Below, piece after piece: positions 1-9,950 of a DNA stretch of 64,000 nt; within the stretch, counting starts at the first letter, position 1, and every line of letters begins with the position of its first letter. Made by a program: the position numbers and the translations under genes. The notes below the pieces were generated by a model that was not told where the DNA came from, did not search any database, and saw only the letters and a list, made by a program, of their open reading frames with translations. This stretch comes from Casimicrobiaceae bacterium (lineage in GTDB: Bacteria; Pseudomonadota; Gammaproteobacteria; Burkholderiales; Casimicrobiaceae): positions 261 through 64,260 of the forward strand of contig JAYRNW010000216.1 in the NCBI GenBank assembly GCA_041911995.1, given 5' to 3'.

Positions 1-1
1 G

Positions 2-925
2 CGCGGCGCGACCGCGGTCGACTTCGCGTACGGCGTGCACACGGACATCGGCCACCACTGCGTCGCGGCGCGCGTCAACTACGAACTCCTGCCGCTGCGC
101 ACCGAGCTCAAGAACGGCGACCACGTCGAGATCCTGACTTCGCCCACCGCGCGGCCGAACCCGTCGTGGCTGTCGTTCGTCGCCACCGGCAAGGCGCGCT
201 CGCGCATCCGCCACTATCTCAAGGGCCTGCAGCAGAAGGAGTCGGCGGCGCTCGGCGAGCGGCTGCTGAACCAGGCGCTCGCCACGCTCAAGGTCGAGCC
301 GGACGCGATCAAGTGGGACCGCTGGGAGGCGCTCGCCAAGGAATACGGCGCCAAGAGCCAGCTCGACATCCTCGCCGACATCGGGCTCGGCAAGCGGCTG
401 TCGTTCGTCGTCGCGCAGGCGCTCACGCGTGCGCCGGGCAAGGCCGAGGACGCCCCCGCCCCCGCGAACGCGAAGCTGGGCACGCTGTCGCTGCGCGGCG
501 TCGAGGGCGTGGCGATCCAGTACGCGAAGTGCTGCCGGCCGGTGCCGGGCGACGCGATCATCGGGCAGTTCCGCCGCGGCCACGGCCTCCTCGTGCACAC
601 GCGCGAGTGCGTGTCGCTGCGCAAGCAGCGGCTCGACCCGTCGGAGCTGGTCGACGTCGAGTGGGCGCCCGACGTGCAGGGCGTGTTCGAGACCGGCATC
701 CGGCTGCTGGTCGCCGACCGGCGCGGCCTGCTGGCCGACGTCGCGCTCGCCATCGCCCACGCCGGCGCCAACAGCGACACCGTCTCGATGGAGCGGCCCG
801 ACGGCGGCGACGTGCTCGCGATGTTCTTCGGCGTGCAGGTGCGCGACCGCCGGCACCTGGCGCAGGTGCTGCGCGGCCTGCGCCGCGTGCCGGACGTCAA
901 GCGGGCGGCACGGGCGCGGACGTAG
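2..925 (+). CDS. spoT: RelA/SpoT (p)ppGpp synthetase/hydrolase, C-terminal part (TGS, ZFD, ACT); 5'-truncated by the window edge
   Basis: Frame from nt 2 reads RGATAVDFAYGVHTDIGHHC..ARVN (TGS), then AKCCRPVPGD.I.G and an ACT domain DRRGLLADVA. Confidence 0.93.
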   Translation, partial: RGATAVDFAYGVHTDIGHHCVAARVNYELLPLRTELKNGDHVEILTSPTARPNPSWLSFVATGKARSRIRHYLKGLQQKESAALGERLLNQALATLKVEPDAIKWDRWEALAKEYGAKSQLDILADIGLGKRLSFVVAQALTRAPGKAEDAPAPANAKLGTLSLRGVEGVAIQYAKCCRPVPGDAIIGQFRRGHGLLVHTRECVSLRKQRLDPSELVDVEWAPDVQGVFETGIRLLVADRRGLLADVALAIAHAGANSDTVSMERPDGGDVLAMFFGVQVRDRRHLAQVLRGLRRVPDVKRAARART

Positions 926-952
926 CTCGCGACCGGCGGCGCCGCGGACGTT

Positions 953-1753
953 TCAGCGGCGGGCGAGCCATCGCGCAAGGAATCCCCGCGCCGACGGGCC
1001 GCGCTCGCCGCGCAATGCCGGGACCGGGGCCACGAGCGCGGGCGGCCGATTGTCCAGCACCGCCTGCGGACGCTCGACGACGAGGCGCTGCGCCTCCTCG
1101 GCGCCCACCCACTTCTCGGCGGCGCGGCACCCCTCTGCGAGCAGCGGCCGGCGGCGGGTCGGGTCGTGCGCATCGGTGGCCAGGATGTGCACGAGGCCGT
1201 CGTCGAGCAGCTTCTCCGCGAAGCGCCGGGCGTCCTTGCCGAAGCGTCCGCACAGGCTGCCCGCGGTGACCTGCAGCCACGTTCCGCTGCGCACCATCGC
1301 GGCGAACACGCCGTAGTGGTGCCCGATCCAGGTGAGGCGTTCCGGATGCGTGATCACCGGCACCAATCCGGCGTTGACGAAATCGAAGACCGACTCGGCG
1401 AAGCGCGGCGTCGCCACGGTGTGCGACGGCTCGAGCAGGAAGTAGCGGCTCCCGCCGAGCGTCGGCGCGGTTCCCGCCTCGAGCCGGGCGCGCAGCTCCG
1501 GTGTCAGGTGCGCATCGGCACCCGCAATGAGCCGGAGGTCGATGCCCTCGTCCACCAGTCGCTGCTGCCACGCGGTGACGCGCGCCGCGATGCCTGCGCT
1601 GTCGTTTTCGAACAATCCCGGATAGATGTGCGGGGTGCAGGCGATCGTGCGAATGCCGTCGGCCATGGCGATGCGCGCCATGGCCAGCGACGCCGCCTCG
1701 TCGGCCGCGCCGTCGTCGATGCCGGGCAGCAGGTGGCAATGCAGGTCGATCAC
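953..1753 (-). CDS. CpsB/CapC/YwqE-type PHP-family protein-tyrosine phosphatase
   Basis: MIDLHCHLLPGIDDG, TPH, THPER and ATDAH motifs; lies in the wzc operon. Confidence 0.92.
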   Translation of the reverse strand: MIDLHCHLLPGIDDGAADEAASLAMARIAMADGIRTIACTPHIYPGLFENDSAGIAARVTAWQQRLVDEGIDLRLIAGADAHLTPELRARLEAGTAPTLGGSRYFLLEPSHTVATPRFAESVFDFVNAGLVPVITHPERLTWIGHHYGVFAAMVRSGTWLQVTAGSLCGRFGKDARRFAEKLLDDGLVHILATDAHDPTRRRPLLAEGCRAAEKWVGAEEAQRLVVERPQAVLDNRPPALVAPVPALRGERGPSARGFLARWLARR

Positions 1754-3156
1754 GGCGCGTCGCCCCCGCCGCGACGCCGCGGCCGGTCCCGGTCAGGATC
1801 TGCCGCACCCGGATGCAGCATCACGCCTGCCAGTACCGCAAACCACATCGCGCACGCAGGCATGTGCAGCGCAAAGTCGAACATCGCGTGCAGGAACGGC
1901 GGCACCAGGGCAATGCCCGCCGCAATCTGCAGCAGCGTGAAGCTCCGCGCGTCGGTGCGCCGCAGGAGCTCGCGCATGCGCATGAAGTAAGCTGCCACGA
2001 CCAGCACCACGAGCAGCGGCGCGACCAGCCCGACTTCCATGAACAGCTGCAGAAAGTCGTTGTGCGCATAGTCGATGTAGCCGCCGAAGACGTCGGCCTG
2101 GAAGCGCGGGAACACCGCGGCAAAGGTCGAGAGCCCGCTGCCGAACGGAAGGAACTCGACGGCAGCGCGAAGCGTGGCCGCCGAAAGCGCAAGACGCCCA
2201 CCGCCGGAGAGCCGCAGCTCCGCGGGCCCGAACCTGTCGAGGACCGGTGCCAATCCGATCAGCGCCGCCAGCACGAGCCCTGCCGCCACCAGCGCGAACA
2301 CGAGCCATCGCGCGTGCCGCCGACCCGGCCGCGTCCGCTGGAGCAGGATCGACGAGAGCGCGAGGCCGACCAGCGCCGTCGCGATGCCGCCGCGCGAGAA
2401 TGTGAAGATCAGGCAGACGAGCACCAGCACGGCGGAGGCGAAGATCAAGGCGCGCTGCGAAACCAGGTTCGCACCTTGGCCGGAGTGGAGTCGTCCATCG
2501 TGCCGGCGGCGGCGCGCGTCGAAGGCCAGCAGTCCCACGATCACCGGCAGCATCATGGCCAGCAGCGACGCGAAGTGGTCGCGGTTGACGAAGGTTCCGG
2601 TCGCCATGCCGTTGGTTTGCGTGTTGCGCAGGCTGACGATCGAATCGCCGCCGGCCCCCACCTGCATCAGTCCCAGCATGCCTTCCACGCCGACAAGGAT
2701 CGTCATTGCGAGAAGCAACCGCGACACCTGCGCCGCGGCGAGCGCCCGCACGCCGAACAGGCACGCGAGCGGCGGCAGCAGCGCGAGCCAGCCATACTCG
2801 GTCGCGGCGGGCGCCGCGGAGATCGCGCGCCACACGGACCCGGATGGCGGCGTGGCGAAGCGCTCGACGATGGTCGCATAGTTCGCGCGTCCCGGCAGCA
2901 TGCGCCACAGCGCCTCGGGGAGCGGCACGAGCTGCAGCAGCGGATACGCGAGCGCGAGGGCCAGCGCGATGCGCAGCGGCCAGGGCAGCGCCGGCTCGGG
3001 AACGCGACCCCGGCGCAGCGCCAAGGCGAGCAGCAGCGCTATCGCCGCCAGCTCCAGCAGCAGGAGCGGCACGGCACGATTGCCCGCCTTGTACAGCGGC
3101 GCCGCCAGCACGAAGAGCGCGTACGAATAAAAAAACGTGGAGCCCGCCGGCCCCAC
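1750..3156 (-). CDS. O-antigen ligase / Wzy_C family membrane protein
   Basis: Many TM helices; GTFVNRDHFA, TFSRGG, PFGSGLSTF, YAHNDFLQ motifs. Start uncertain (GTG 3156 chosen; ORF is open to 3351). Confidence 0.85.
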   Translation of the reverse strand: MGPAGSTFFYSYALFVLAAPLYKAGNRAVPLLLLELAAIALLLALALRRGRVPEPALPWPLRIALALALAYPLLQLVPLPEALWRMLPGRANYATIVERFATPPSGSVWRAISAAPAATEYGWLALLPPLACLFGVRALAAAQVSRLLLAMTILVGVEGMLGLMQVGAGGDSIVSLRNTQTNGMATGTFVNRDHFASLLAMMLPVIVGLLAFDARRRRHDGRLHSGQGANLVSQRALIFASAVLVLVCLIFTFSRGGIATALVGLALSSILLQRTRPGRRHARWLVFALVAAGLVLAALIGLAPVLDRFGPAELRLSGGGRLALSAATLRAAVEFLPFGSGLSTFAAVFPRFQADVFGGYIDYAHNDFLQLFMEVGLVAPLLVVLVVAAYFMRMRELLRRTDARSFTLLQIAAGIALVPPFLHAMFDFALHMPACAMWFAVLAGVMLHPGAADPDRDRPRRRGGGDAP

Positions 3157-3188
3157 GTTCGCGTTGCGCGGCGAGGTGGCGATCGCGA

Positions 3189-3881
3189 TCAGTTGGGGCT
3201 GACGGACGGCTTCCTGAAGTACTCGTAGACGCCGACGCCAATGGCTCCGGCGCCGATCAGGCGCAAGGCCGCGTCGTTGGCACCGGCGCCCGCCACGGCC
3301 TCGCCGGGCGCGGGGCCCACCTGCGCGACCTCGCCCAGCAGGCACCGGCAATCGGCGACACGCACGGTGAAGCGCTCGTTCTCCTTGAGCCTGACGTCGC
3401 AGCCGTTGTCGAAGTTGACGACCACTCCGGCGCCCGCGGTGGTCAGCACGCGCGCACCCGACGCCACGCGCTGATCCCTGGCGGCCGCGACCATTGCATC
3501 GTCCCGGCTCACCAGCACATTGCCCTCGAGGTCGATCAGGCGGGCCACCGGGTCGCGGCTGGCCTGCGAATCGTCCTCACCCGCAAGACATGCGCATTCG
3601 CCGTCGTGCACGGTGAAGCGCTGGCTTTCCTTCAGCGTGACGTCGCAGCCCCCGTCGTACCTCACGACCACCCGGGCCCCCTTCCCTGTAACCACCCGCG
3701 TGCCGGTGGCGATCCGCTGGCCGTTGACGGCCGGGACCATCGCGTCGCCCTGGCTCACCAGCACGCTCCCCTGCATGTCGGTGAGGCGCGCCATCGCGCC
3801 GCGCTGCTGTTGTGCGGCGGCGACCCCCGTGACCAGGACGGCGGCCGCGGCCAGCAAAGTGCAAGCGATTCGGATGTCCAT
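3189..3881 (-). CDS. Exported protein with two tandem FecR-like beta domains and a C-terminal hydrophobic tail
   Basis: Signal peptide MDIRIACTLLAAAAVLVTGVAAA; internal duplication ARLTDMQGSVLVS..DGGCDVTLKE / ARLIDLEGNVLVS..DNGCDVRLKE; ends GAGAIGVGVYEYFRKPSVSPN. Confidence 0.7.
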   Translation of the reverse strand: MDIRIACTLLAAAAVLVTGVAAAQQQRGAMARLTDMQGSVLVSQGDAMVPAVNGQRIATGTRVVTGKGARVVVRYDGGCDVTLKESQRFTVHDGECACLAGEDDSQASRDPVARLIDLEGNVLVSRDDAMVAAARDQRVASGARVLTTAGAGVVVNFDNGCDVRLKENERFTVRVADCRCLLGEVAQVGPAPGEAVAGAGANDAALRLIGAGAIGVGVYEYFRKPSVSPN

Positions 3882-3937
3882 GTCGTTCAAAGGCGGCGGG
3901 CGATGCCCGCAGCCCACATTATCGACCCCCGGAAGGG

Positions 3938-5170
3938 CTAGTCAAGGCGGCGCACGCGAAGATCGTCGAACCACAGCCTGCCATCGAGCCGAACCGTGAC
4001 GTCGCCTGGCGTATCGGCATCGCGCCGCGGATTGGCGAGTTCCAGCCGCAGGACCTGCACGGGACAATCCTCGGGCACCCGGAAATCCTCCTGCCATCGA
4101 TTCCATCCGGAACCACCGGCGAAGCGGCCGCTGCGCGCGAGCTGCCGCGGACCGCTCGTGCCTTGCGGAAGGCAATACAGGCCCCACTGAAGGCCAAGCC
4201 AGGTCTGCAGCGCGTCCGCGCGGCCGCGACCTTCGAAGCGGAACCTGCCCGCATCGAGCATCAGGTATTGCTGCACCGGCGGTCCGCTCCAGCGCTTGTT
4301 CAGGAACTCGACCTTCAGCGCGCGACTTCCCCCCGCACCCTCGACGGGCTGGGTGTCGACGGCGGCGGCGTCCCGCGGCGCCACGATCCAGTCGAAGCCC
4401 AAGTCCGACAGCGGCAACTCGAAGTCGCCGTTGAAGACGTAGCCGATGCGCTGTCGCTGCTCGGGCGGCAAGCTGTTGAGCCATGCCTGGTATGCGGTCG
4501 GCCAGCGGTTCTCGCGCTGCAGGCGGCCCACGATGCAGCGGCGCTCGCGGGCGGTGGCCGTTCCCGCTGCGGCACGCACCGTCAGGATGCGCTGCAGCGC
4601 GCCGGCATCGCGCGCTTTCGCGCAGGCGTAATCCGCGAATTCGGGCCACCACTCCGGATTGTCGCGCGCGACACCGGCGAAGAACGGGTACAGGCTCCCG
4701 TCGTCGAGGCCGGACGCCATCGTCGACCAGAGGCCGGATCGCGCATCGGGATAGAGGTCGGCGACGCGCCGCAGCAGCGCCATGGCCGGCGGCGCTTCGC
4801 CCGCGCGCAGGTGGAACGCGGCAGCCTCGAGCAGCGTCTGGCGGTCGGCGGGCGCTTGCCGTACGGCCTCGTCCATGGCGGCACGTGCCTGCGCGACGTC
4901 GCCGCGCGCTTCCGATGCCCGCGCGAGCATCACCAGCGCAACATAGTCGTGGGGCGCGTGCGCGAGTCGATCGCGCCACGCCATTTCCACCGTGCGGGTT
5001 GCCTGCTTCGATGGCGCGGGATCGAGATCCATTGCCCGGTCCGCGTCCCCTCCCGCATTCATCGCGGCGACGATCGCGCGCCACGCAAGCACGAGCGCAA
5101 CGGCGAGCAACGCGGCCGCCGGCAGATGCCGGGCTGGCCGCGCCGGCTCGGTCTCGTTCGGCAACGTCAC
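3938..5170 (-). CDS. Membrane-anchored TPR protein with a C-terminal carbohydrate-binding-like (jelly-roll) domain
   Basis: N-terminal TM; Ala-rich TPR-like helices; VFNGDFE..FDW motif typical of CBM4/9-like domains. Confidence 0.65.
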   Translation of the reverse strand: MTLPNETEPARPARHLPAAALLAVALVLAWRAIVAAMNAGGDADRAMDLDPAPSKQATRTVEMAWRDRLAHAPHDYVALVMLARASEARGDVAQARAAMDEAVRQAPADRQTLLEAAAFHLRAGEAPPAMALLRRVADLYPDARSGLWSTMASGLDDGSLYPFFAGVARDNPEWWPEFADYACAKARDAGALQRILTVRAAAGTATARERRCIVGRLQRENRWPTAYQAWLNSLPPEQRQRIGYVFNGDFELPLSDLGFDWIVAPRDAAAVDTQPVEGAGGSRALKVEFLNKRWSGPPVQQYLMLDAGRFRFEGRGRADALQTWLGLQWGLYCLPQGTSGPRQLARSGRFAGGSGWNRWQEDFRVPEDCPVQVLRLELANPRRDADTPGDVTVRLDGRLWFDDLRVRRLD

Positions 5171-6606
5171 GGCAGTCCCGGAACCTGCGAAATGCGCGTG
5201 ATCACGACGCGACCATCGCGCCGGGCGAGCTCGAGCTCCATCGAAAGTCGCTGCTCGAACTCGCGCCCGTCGCGCCAGCCGATACGCACGTCCGCGTCGG
5301 CGATTGCGCGCATCGCCTCACCGTCGGGCGTCCAGCTCACGCGCGCGAGCCGCATGCGGCGCAGCACCGAATCCCTGTACAGCGCTTCGTACTCGCGCTG
5401 GATCGCATCGCGGCCGCGCACCTGGTTCGTTCGCGCATCGCGGTCGAACAAGCCGGCAAACGCGTCGGGTCGGCCCTGGTTGAACGTATCGGCGAACGCG
5501 ATCAACACGGCCTCGATCTCGTCTTGACCCAACGCGCGCGTGGCGCGGGCCGCCGCATCGTTCACTCGGGCGTCGGCCCCGGTTGCCGCCGGGCCATCGC
5601 TGGCGGACGGCGTGCCGGTCACCGCAGCGCCGGGAGGTCCGGCCGCAACCGCGTTGCCGGAGTCGTCGCGCGGCGCCGGATTGCCTATCGCACGCCCCCC
5701 GTCGGCGGGCATCGCGGGCGACATGGTGCCGGCGCGCGTAGGCTCGGGCTCGAGCACGCGCAAAGGCTCGGCGGGCGCGTCTACGGGCGGACGCGTTACG
5801 GCCGCGGGGGCAGCGACGGAGTCCACCGGCGCGGCTGGCGGCGCGTCGAGCGCGGCCCGCGGCGTCGCCACCGGCAACGCCGCGGGCGCCCGCGCGTCGC
5901 GCATGAGAGGCGCCGCGCCGCGGTCCCACCACGCCGTTCCGACGACGAGCGCCGCGACCCCGGCGAGCGCGGCGAACGCGACCGCCGCCGGATGGCGGCG
6001 CGCGAGCCCGCCGACGCCCGCCGTCAGCCATTCGGGCAGGACGGGACGCGGTGGTGGGCGGCGCCCGACCGCGACCGTGCGCGGCCAGCGCGCCGCGGGG
6101 GTCGCCGCCGCCGCGTTCGCTCGCGCCTGACGCGCGCGGGCGCGGGCCGCGCGCTCGGCCTCGCCGCGATCGAGCGCGCCGCGCGCGCGGTCGTCGCGCA
6201 GCGTGGCGTAGGCGCGGTTCGCCTGCGCTGCGAACGACGGCGGCCATGCCGCACGCGCGCCCTGGCGATCGGGATGGACCAACTGCATCAGCAGCCGGAA
6301 GCGGGCCTTGACGGCCTGTGGCGTCGCGTCCGGCGCGAGTCCGAGCGTTTCGTACGGCGAAGCCTGCGGACGGAACAGCACGTCGCGCACGTACGCGCAC
6401 GCAGCCTCGCGCAGGACGGCGGGGTGGAGCCCGCGCAGCGCCGGATCGCCGAGGTCGACCGACCGCCCGAGCGCCAGCCGCAGCACGACGTCGCCGTCGA
6501 CCGGCTGCGCGCCCGCCCGTCGCATCTCGAAGCGAAAGCGCGAAGGCTCCCGCGCAAACCAGACCAGCAGCCTCGCCGTGTGGTCCGCGGCGGCGCGGTC
6601 GCGCAT
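5167..6606 (-). CDS. J-domain protein with TM helix, Pro/Ala linker and C-terminal NTF2/SnoaL-like domain
   Basis: PYETLGLAPDATPQAVKARFRLLMQLVHPDR (HPD motif); TM AVAFAALAGVAALVVGTAWW; IEAVLIAFADTFNQGRPDAFAGLF...GRDAI. Confidence 0.78.
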   Translation of the reverse strand: MRDRAAADHTARLLVWFAREPSRFRFEMRRAGAQPVDGDVVLRLALGRSVDLGDPALRGLHPAVLREAACAYVRDVLFRPQASPYETLGLAPDATPQAVKARFRLLMQLVHPDRQGARAAWPPSFAAQANRAYATLRDDRARGALDRGEAERAARARARQARANAAAATPAARWPRTVAVGRRPPPRPVLPEWLTAGVGGLARRHPAAVAFAALAGVAALVVGTAWWDRGAAPLMRDARAPAALPVATPRAALDAPPAAPVDSVAAPAAVTRPPVDAPAEPLRVLEPEPTRAGTMSPAMPADGGRAIGNPAPRDDSGNAVAAGPPGAAVTGTPSASDGPAATGADARVNDAAARATRALGQDEIEAVLIAFADTFNQGRPDAFAGLFDRDARTNQVRGRDAIQREYEALYRDSVLRRMRLARVSWTPDGEAMRAIADADVRIGWRDGREFEQRLSMELELARRDGRVVITRISQVPGLP

Positions 6607-6672
6607 GACTACGAGGATGCGGCGCGCGCCTGGAACGCCCGCCGGAGCGGACGCGGCACCGGCGCCGAACCG

Positions 6673-8925
6673 CTACGCGAGGCGCGCGGCATCGTTGGTG
6701 CTCCGATAGTAGTAGTACGCGCTTTCGTAGCCGTACATGCCGTCGCGCAGGTCGAGCTTGGTCATCACCGCGCCGACGGGCGCGACGCTCGCCTGCCGCA
6801 GCCGCTTCAGCGCCGCGCGCAGGTGCGCCTTGCGCGTGGTCCCGGCCGCGACGACGAACAGCACGGCGCCGACCTGGTTGCCGAGCACGAGTGCGTCGGC
6901 GATCCCGAGCACCGGCGGCGCGTCGAGGACGATCGCCGGAAAGCGCGCGGAGAGCTCGGCCAGCAGCTCCAGCAGCTTCGGCCCGGACAGGAGCTCGACC
7001 GGATTGGGCGGCACCGGACCCGCCGGGATCACGAACAGGTTGGGGATCGTCGTCGGCCGCACCACGCCCAGCGCGGGCACGTCGCTCGACAGGAAGTTGG
7101 AAAGGCCGCGCGCGTTGTCGACGCCGAGCAGCCGGTGCAGCGCCGGGTTGCGCAGGTCGGCGTCGATCAGCAGCACCAGCTGGCCTGCCTGCGCCTGGTT
7201 GATGCCGAGCGCGATGGCCGACGTCGACTTGCCCTCCTTCTCCGACGTGCTGGTGACGACGAACTGTCGCGGCGCCCCGTCGCGCGTCGAGAACTGCAGC
7301 GCCGTGCGCACCGAGCGATAGGCCTCGGCGAACGCCGAGCGCGCGTCGACGTGCGACAAGAGCGCGAGCGCGTCGCCGCCCTTGCGCGGCTTGACGCGCG
7401 GAATGACGCCCAGCACCGGCAGGTGCGCGACCCGCTCCATGTCCTCCGGATGCTGCATCGTGTCGTCGAGGTATTCGAGGAAGAACGCGAGCCCGATGCC
7501 GAGGGCCAATCCGAGCAGCGCCGCCACCTGCAGGTTGAGCGCGAGGTTCGGCTTGAACGGCGACCCGGGCACCAGCGCCGAGTCGACGACGGTGACGTTA
7601 TTGGTGCCCACGCCGCCCTGCACGCCGACCTCCTTCAGGCGCTGCAGCAGGCCGTCGTACAGCGAGCGGTTGGTCTCGACCTCGCGCTTCAGCACGTTGT
7701 AACGGATGCTGCGGCCCTGCAGGTCGAGCACGTCCTTCTTGGCGGCCTCGAGCTTCGCCCTGACGCTCGCCTCCTGCTGCACGGCGACGCTGTACGCGCC
7801 CTCGATGGCGCGCCGGGCGATCGCGGTTTCCTCGCCGATCTTCCGGTCGATCTCGTCGATCGCCGCCTTCAGCTGCTGCATTCGCGGATAGGCCGGCTTG
7901 TAGACGCGCGACAGGTCCTGGTACTCGACCTCGAACTTGGTCTTCTGCTCGCGCAGCGCCGTCACCGACTTGCTGTCGAGCATCTGCGGCGAGGACTCCG
8001 GGCTCTCCCGGAACTGCCGCCAGACGGCCTCGGCCTTGATCCGATCCTCGCCGGCCTTGGCCGACGCCGCGTTGTAGGCCGCGAGCGTCTGCGCCAGCAC
8101 GTTCTGCTTCTCGTCGACGTTGATGATCTGCTGGTCGCGCTGGAAGTCGACGAGCGCGCGCTCCGAATCCTCGAGCTTCGCCTTGGTCTGCGCGAGCTGC
8201 TCCTCGAGGAACGTCTTCGCGTACGACGAGGCGTCGTAGCGCCGCTCGAGGTTCACCGCGATGAAGTTCTGCGCCAGCGCGTTGAGCGCGTCGGCAGCGA
8301 GCCGCGGGTCGGGCGAATCGAAATAGAGGCGAACCAGGCGCGAGTTGCGGACGGGCTCGACGGTGAGCGAGCCCAGGAATGCGCCCGCCGCGGCGACGTT
8401 GCGGCCGGCCTCCGGCTCCGCTGCCGGTGCCGGCGCCGGCGCGCGGGCGTCGCCCGGCACGAGGTCCGACCACCAGCTCTTCCGCGGCTCCTCGTTCGCG
8501 GGCGATCGCTGGCGGAGATTGAGCTGAGCGACGACGCGCTCGGCCAGCGAGCGGCTCTTCAGCAGCTCGTACTGCGTCCGGTAGAAATCGAGGTCGCCGA
8601 TCTCCTCGGGCACGACGCTGCCGCCCTTGAAGTCGATCACCTTCGACGCCTCGCGCTCGATCTTGAGCGTGAGCGCCGACCGGTAGATCGGCGTCGCCGC
8701 CAGCGTCACCATCAGCGCCGCCGCGACGACGATCAGGAACGCGGCGATCACGACCCACTTGCGTTTGACGACGACGCGCCACAGGTCGCGGAAGTGGATC
8801 CCGTCGTCGTCGGCTTCCGCGGCGACCGGCGGCAGGACGTACGTCGACAGCGCGCCCTGCGCGCGCACCTGCACCGCGGCGCCGGCCGCGGGCGCCGGTA
8901 CGCCAGGTCTGTCGTGGGCGGCCAT
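6673..8925 (-). CDS. wzc: Polysaccharide co-polymerase / tyrosine autokinase (Wzc/GumC)
   Basis: Two TM segments, coiled coil, Walker A TSEKEGKST, LIDADLRNP, C-terminal Tyr cluster YGYESAYYYY. Confidence 0.95.
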   Translation of the reverse strand: MAAHDRPGVPAPAAGAAVQVRAQGALSTYVLPPVAAEADDDGIHFRDLWRVVVKRKWVVIAAFLIVVAAALMVTLAATPIYRSALTLKIEREASKVIDFKGGSVVPEEIGDLDFYRTQYELLKSRSLAERVVAQLNLRQRSPANEEPRKSWWSDLVPGDARAPAPAPAAEPEAGRNVAAAGAFLGSLTVEPVRNSRLVRLYFDSPDPRLAADALNALAQNFIAVNLERRYDASSYAKTFLEEQLAQTKAKLEDSERALVDFQRDQQIINVDEKQNVLAQTLAAYNAASAKAGEDRIKAEAVWRQFRESPESSPQMLDSKSVTALREQKTKFEVEYQDLSRVYKPAYPRMQQLKAAIDEIDRKIGEETAIARRAIEGAYSVAVQQEASVRAKLEAAKKDVLDLQGRSIRYNVLKREVETNRSLYDGLLQRLKEVGVQGGVGTNNVTVVDSALVPGSPFKPNLALNLQVAALLGLALGIGLAFFLEYLDDTMQHPEDMERVAHLPVLGVIPRVKPRKGGDALALLSHVDARSAFAEAYRSVRTALQFSTRDGAPRQFVVTSTSEKEGKSTSAIALGINQAQAGQLVLLIDADLRNPALHRLLGVDNARGLSNFLSSDVPALGVVRPTTIPNLFVIPAGPVPPNPVELLSGPKLLELLAELSARFPAIVLDAPPVLGIADALVLGNQVGAVLFVVAAGTTRKAHLRAALKRLRQASVAPVGAVMTKLDLRDGMYGYESAYYYYRSTNDAARLA

Positions 8926-8934
8926 GGGCGGCGG

Positions 8935-9717
8935 TCAGTACCGCGGCATGTAGTTGAACGGGTTGACGATGTTGATGACGTCGCCCAGCAGCGAATCGCG
9001 CAGCGCCACCCGGCCCGGCGAGCGCTTGACCACGACGATGTCCTCGTTCACCAGCGACGGGTCCTCGAGCTCGCCCGCGCGGATGCGATCGAGGTCGTAC
9101 ACGTACGTCCGGCGCTCGCCGCCCTCGCGCCGGTACACCATCACCTCGTGCAGGTCGGGCAGCTGGCCCTGGCCACCGCCGATTGCAATGGCCTGCATCA
9201 GCGTCACGCCGCCGCGGATCGGGTAGATGCCGGGCTTAGCGACCGCGCCCTCGATCGTGATCCGCTGGCTCGTGAACTCCTTGATGAACACCGACACCTG
9301 CGGGTCGTGCAGGTAGTCCTTCGCGTACGCGGCGGCGATCTGCGCTTCGGCTTCCTGGCCGGTCTTGCCGGCCAGCACGACCGTGCCGACGAGCGGCAGC
9401 GACACCGTCCCGCGCGAGCTCACCCGCACCTCGCGGCGCAGGTTGTCGATGCCGAACACCTGGATCTCGAGCAGGTCCTGCGGCCCGATCCGGTAGTCGT
9501 CGGCGGCGACCTGCCCGGCGGGAACCGGGATCACCCGCGGGGCGTCGGGGGCGAGCGGCGCCGGGCCGCTCGGCGCCGCGGGCGCCGCAGCGGCCCCGGG
9601 CGCCGGTTGCGCGAACCCGGGCGCACCGACCGCCAGCAAGACGGCGAGGACGAGGACGGCCACGCAGCTTGCCGGAGGGCGGCCGACGGGGCGTGATTCA
9701 TCGAGGAAGCGGGGCAT
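8935..9717 (-). CDS. wza: Polysaccharide export protein (Wza/GumB; Poly_export + SLBB)
   Basis: DYRIGPQDLLEIQVFG, GTVSLPLVG, GAVAKPGIY; AAGGAG RBS ahead of ATG 9717. Confidence 0.92.
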   Translation of the reverse strand: MPRFLDESRPVGRPPASCVAVLVLAVLLAVGAPGFAQPAPGAAAAPAAPSGPAPLAPDAPRVIPVPAGQVAADDYRIGPQDLLEIQVFGIDNLRREVRVSSRGTVSLPLVGTVVLAGKTGQEAEAQIAAAYAKDYLHDPQVSVFIKEFTSQRITIEGAVAKPGIYPIRGGVTLMQAIAIGGGQGQLPDLHEVMVYRREGGERRTYVYDLDRIRAGELEDPSLVNEDIVVVKRSPGRVALRDSLLGDVINIVNPFNYMPRY

Positions 9718-9767
9718 GCGCGTCTCCTTCCCTGGGTGAGGGGCCGGGAGCCGAAAACAATCGGAAG

Positions 9768-9776
9768 AGTCTAGCA
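9768..9776 (-). promoter_or_regulatory. Possible extended -10 element for the wza operon
   Basis: Minus strand TG-C-TAGACT resembles TGnTATAAT, in an AT-richer patch ~50 nt upstream of wza. Confidence 0.3.
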
Positions 9777-9950
9777 TTTCGCAGGAAATGGAGGCCATGG
9801 CGCGCCGTTGGTTCCGAGGGCACGCAAGCCGCGTGCCCGAGCGCGCGATGGCGCCGGGCCGCCCCCGGCGCGAGCGCCCGACCGACGGCGGCCGGCTCTC
9901 CGGTCCGTGGGCTAGAATCGCCTGGAACGTCCCTCGCAGAGCGCCGCCCG

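Noticed and set aside
4483-9696. 1737-aa + strand ORF
   Set aside because: Antisense shadow of wza, wzc and the J-domain gene in high-GC DNA; Arg/Ala-rich with no motifs.
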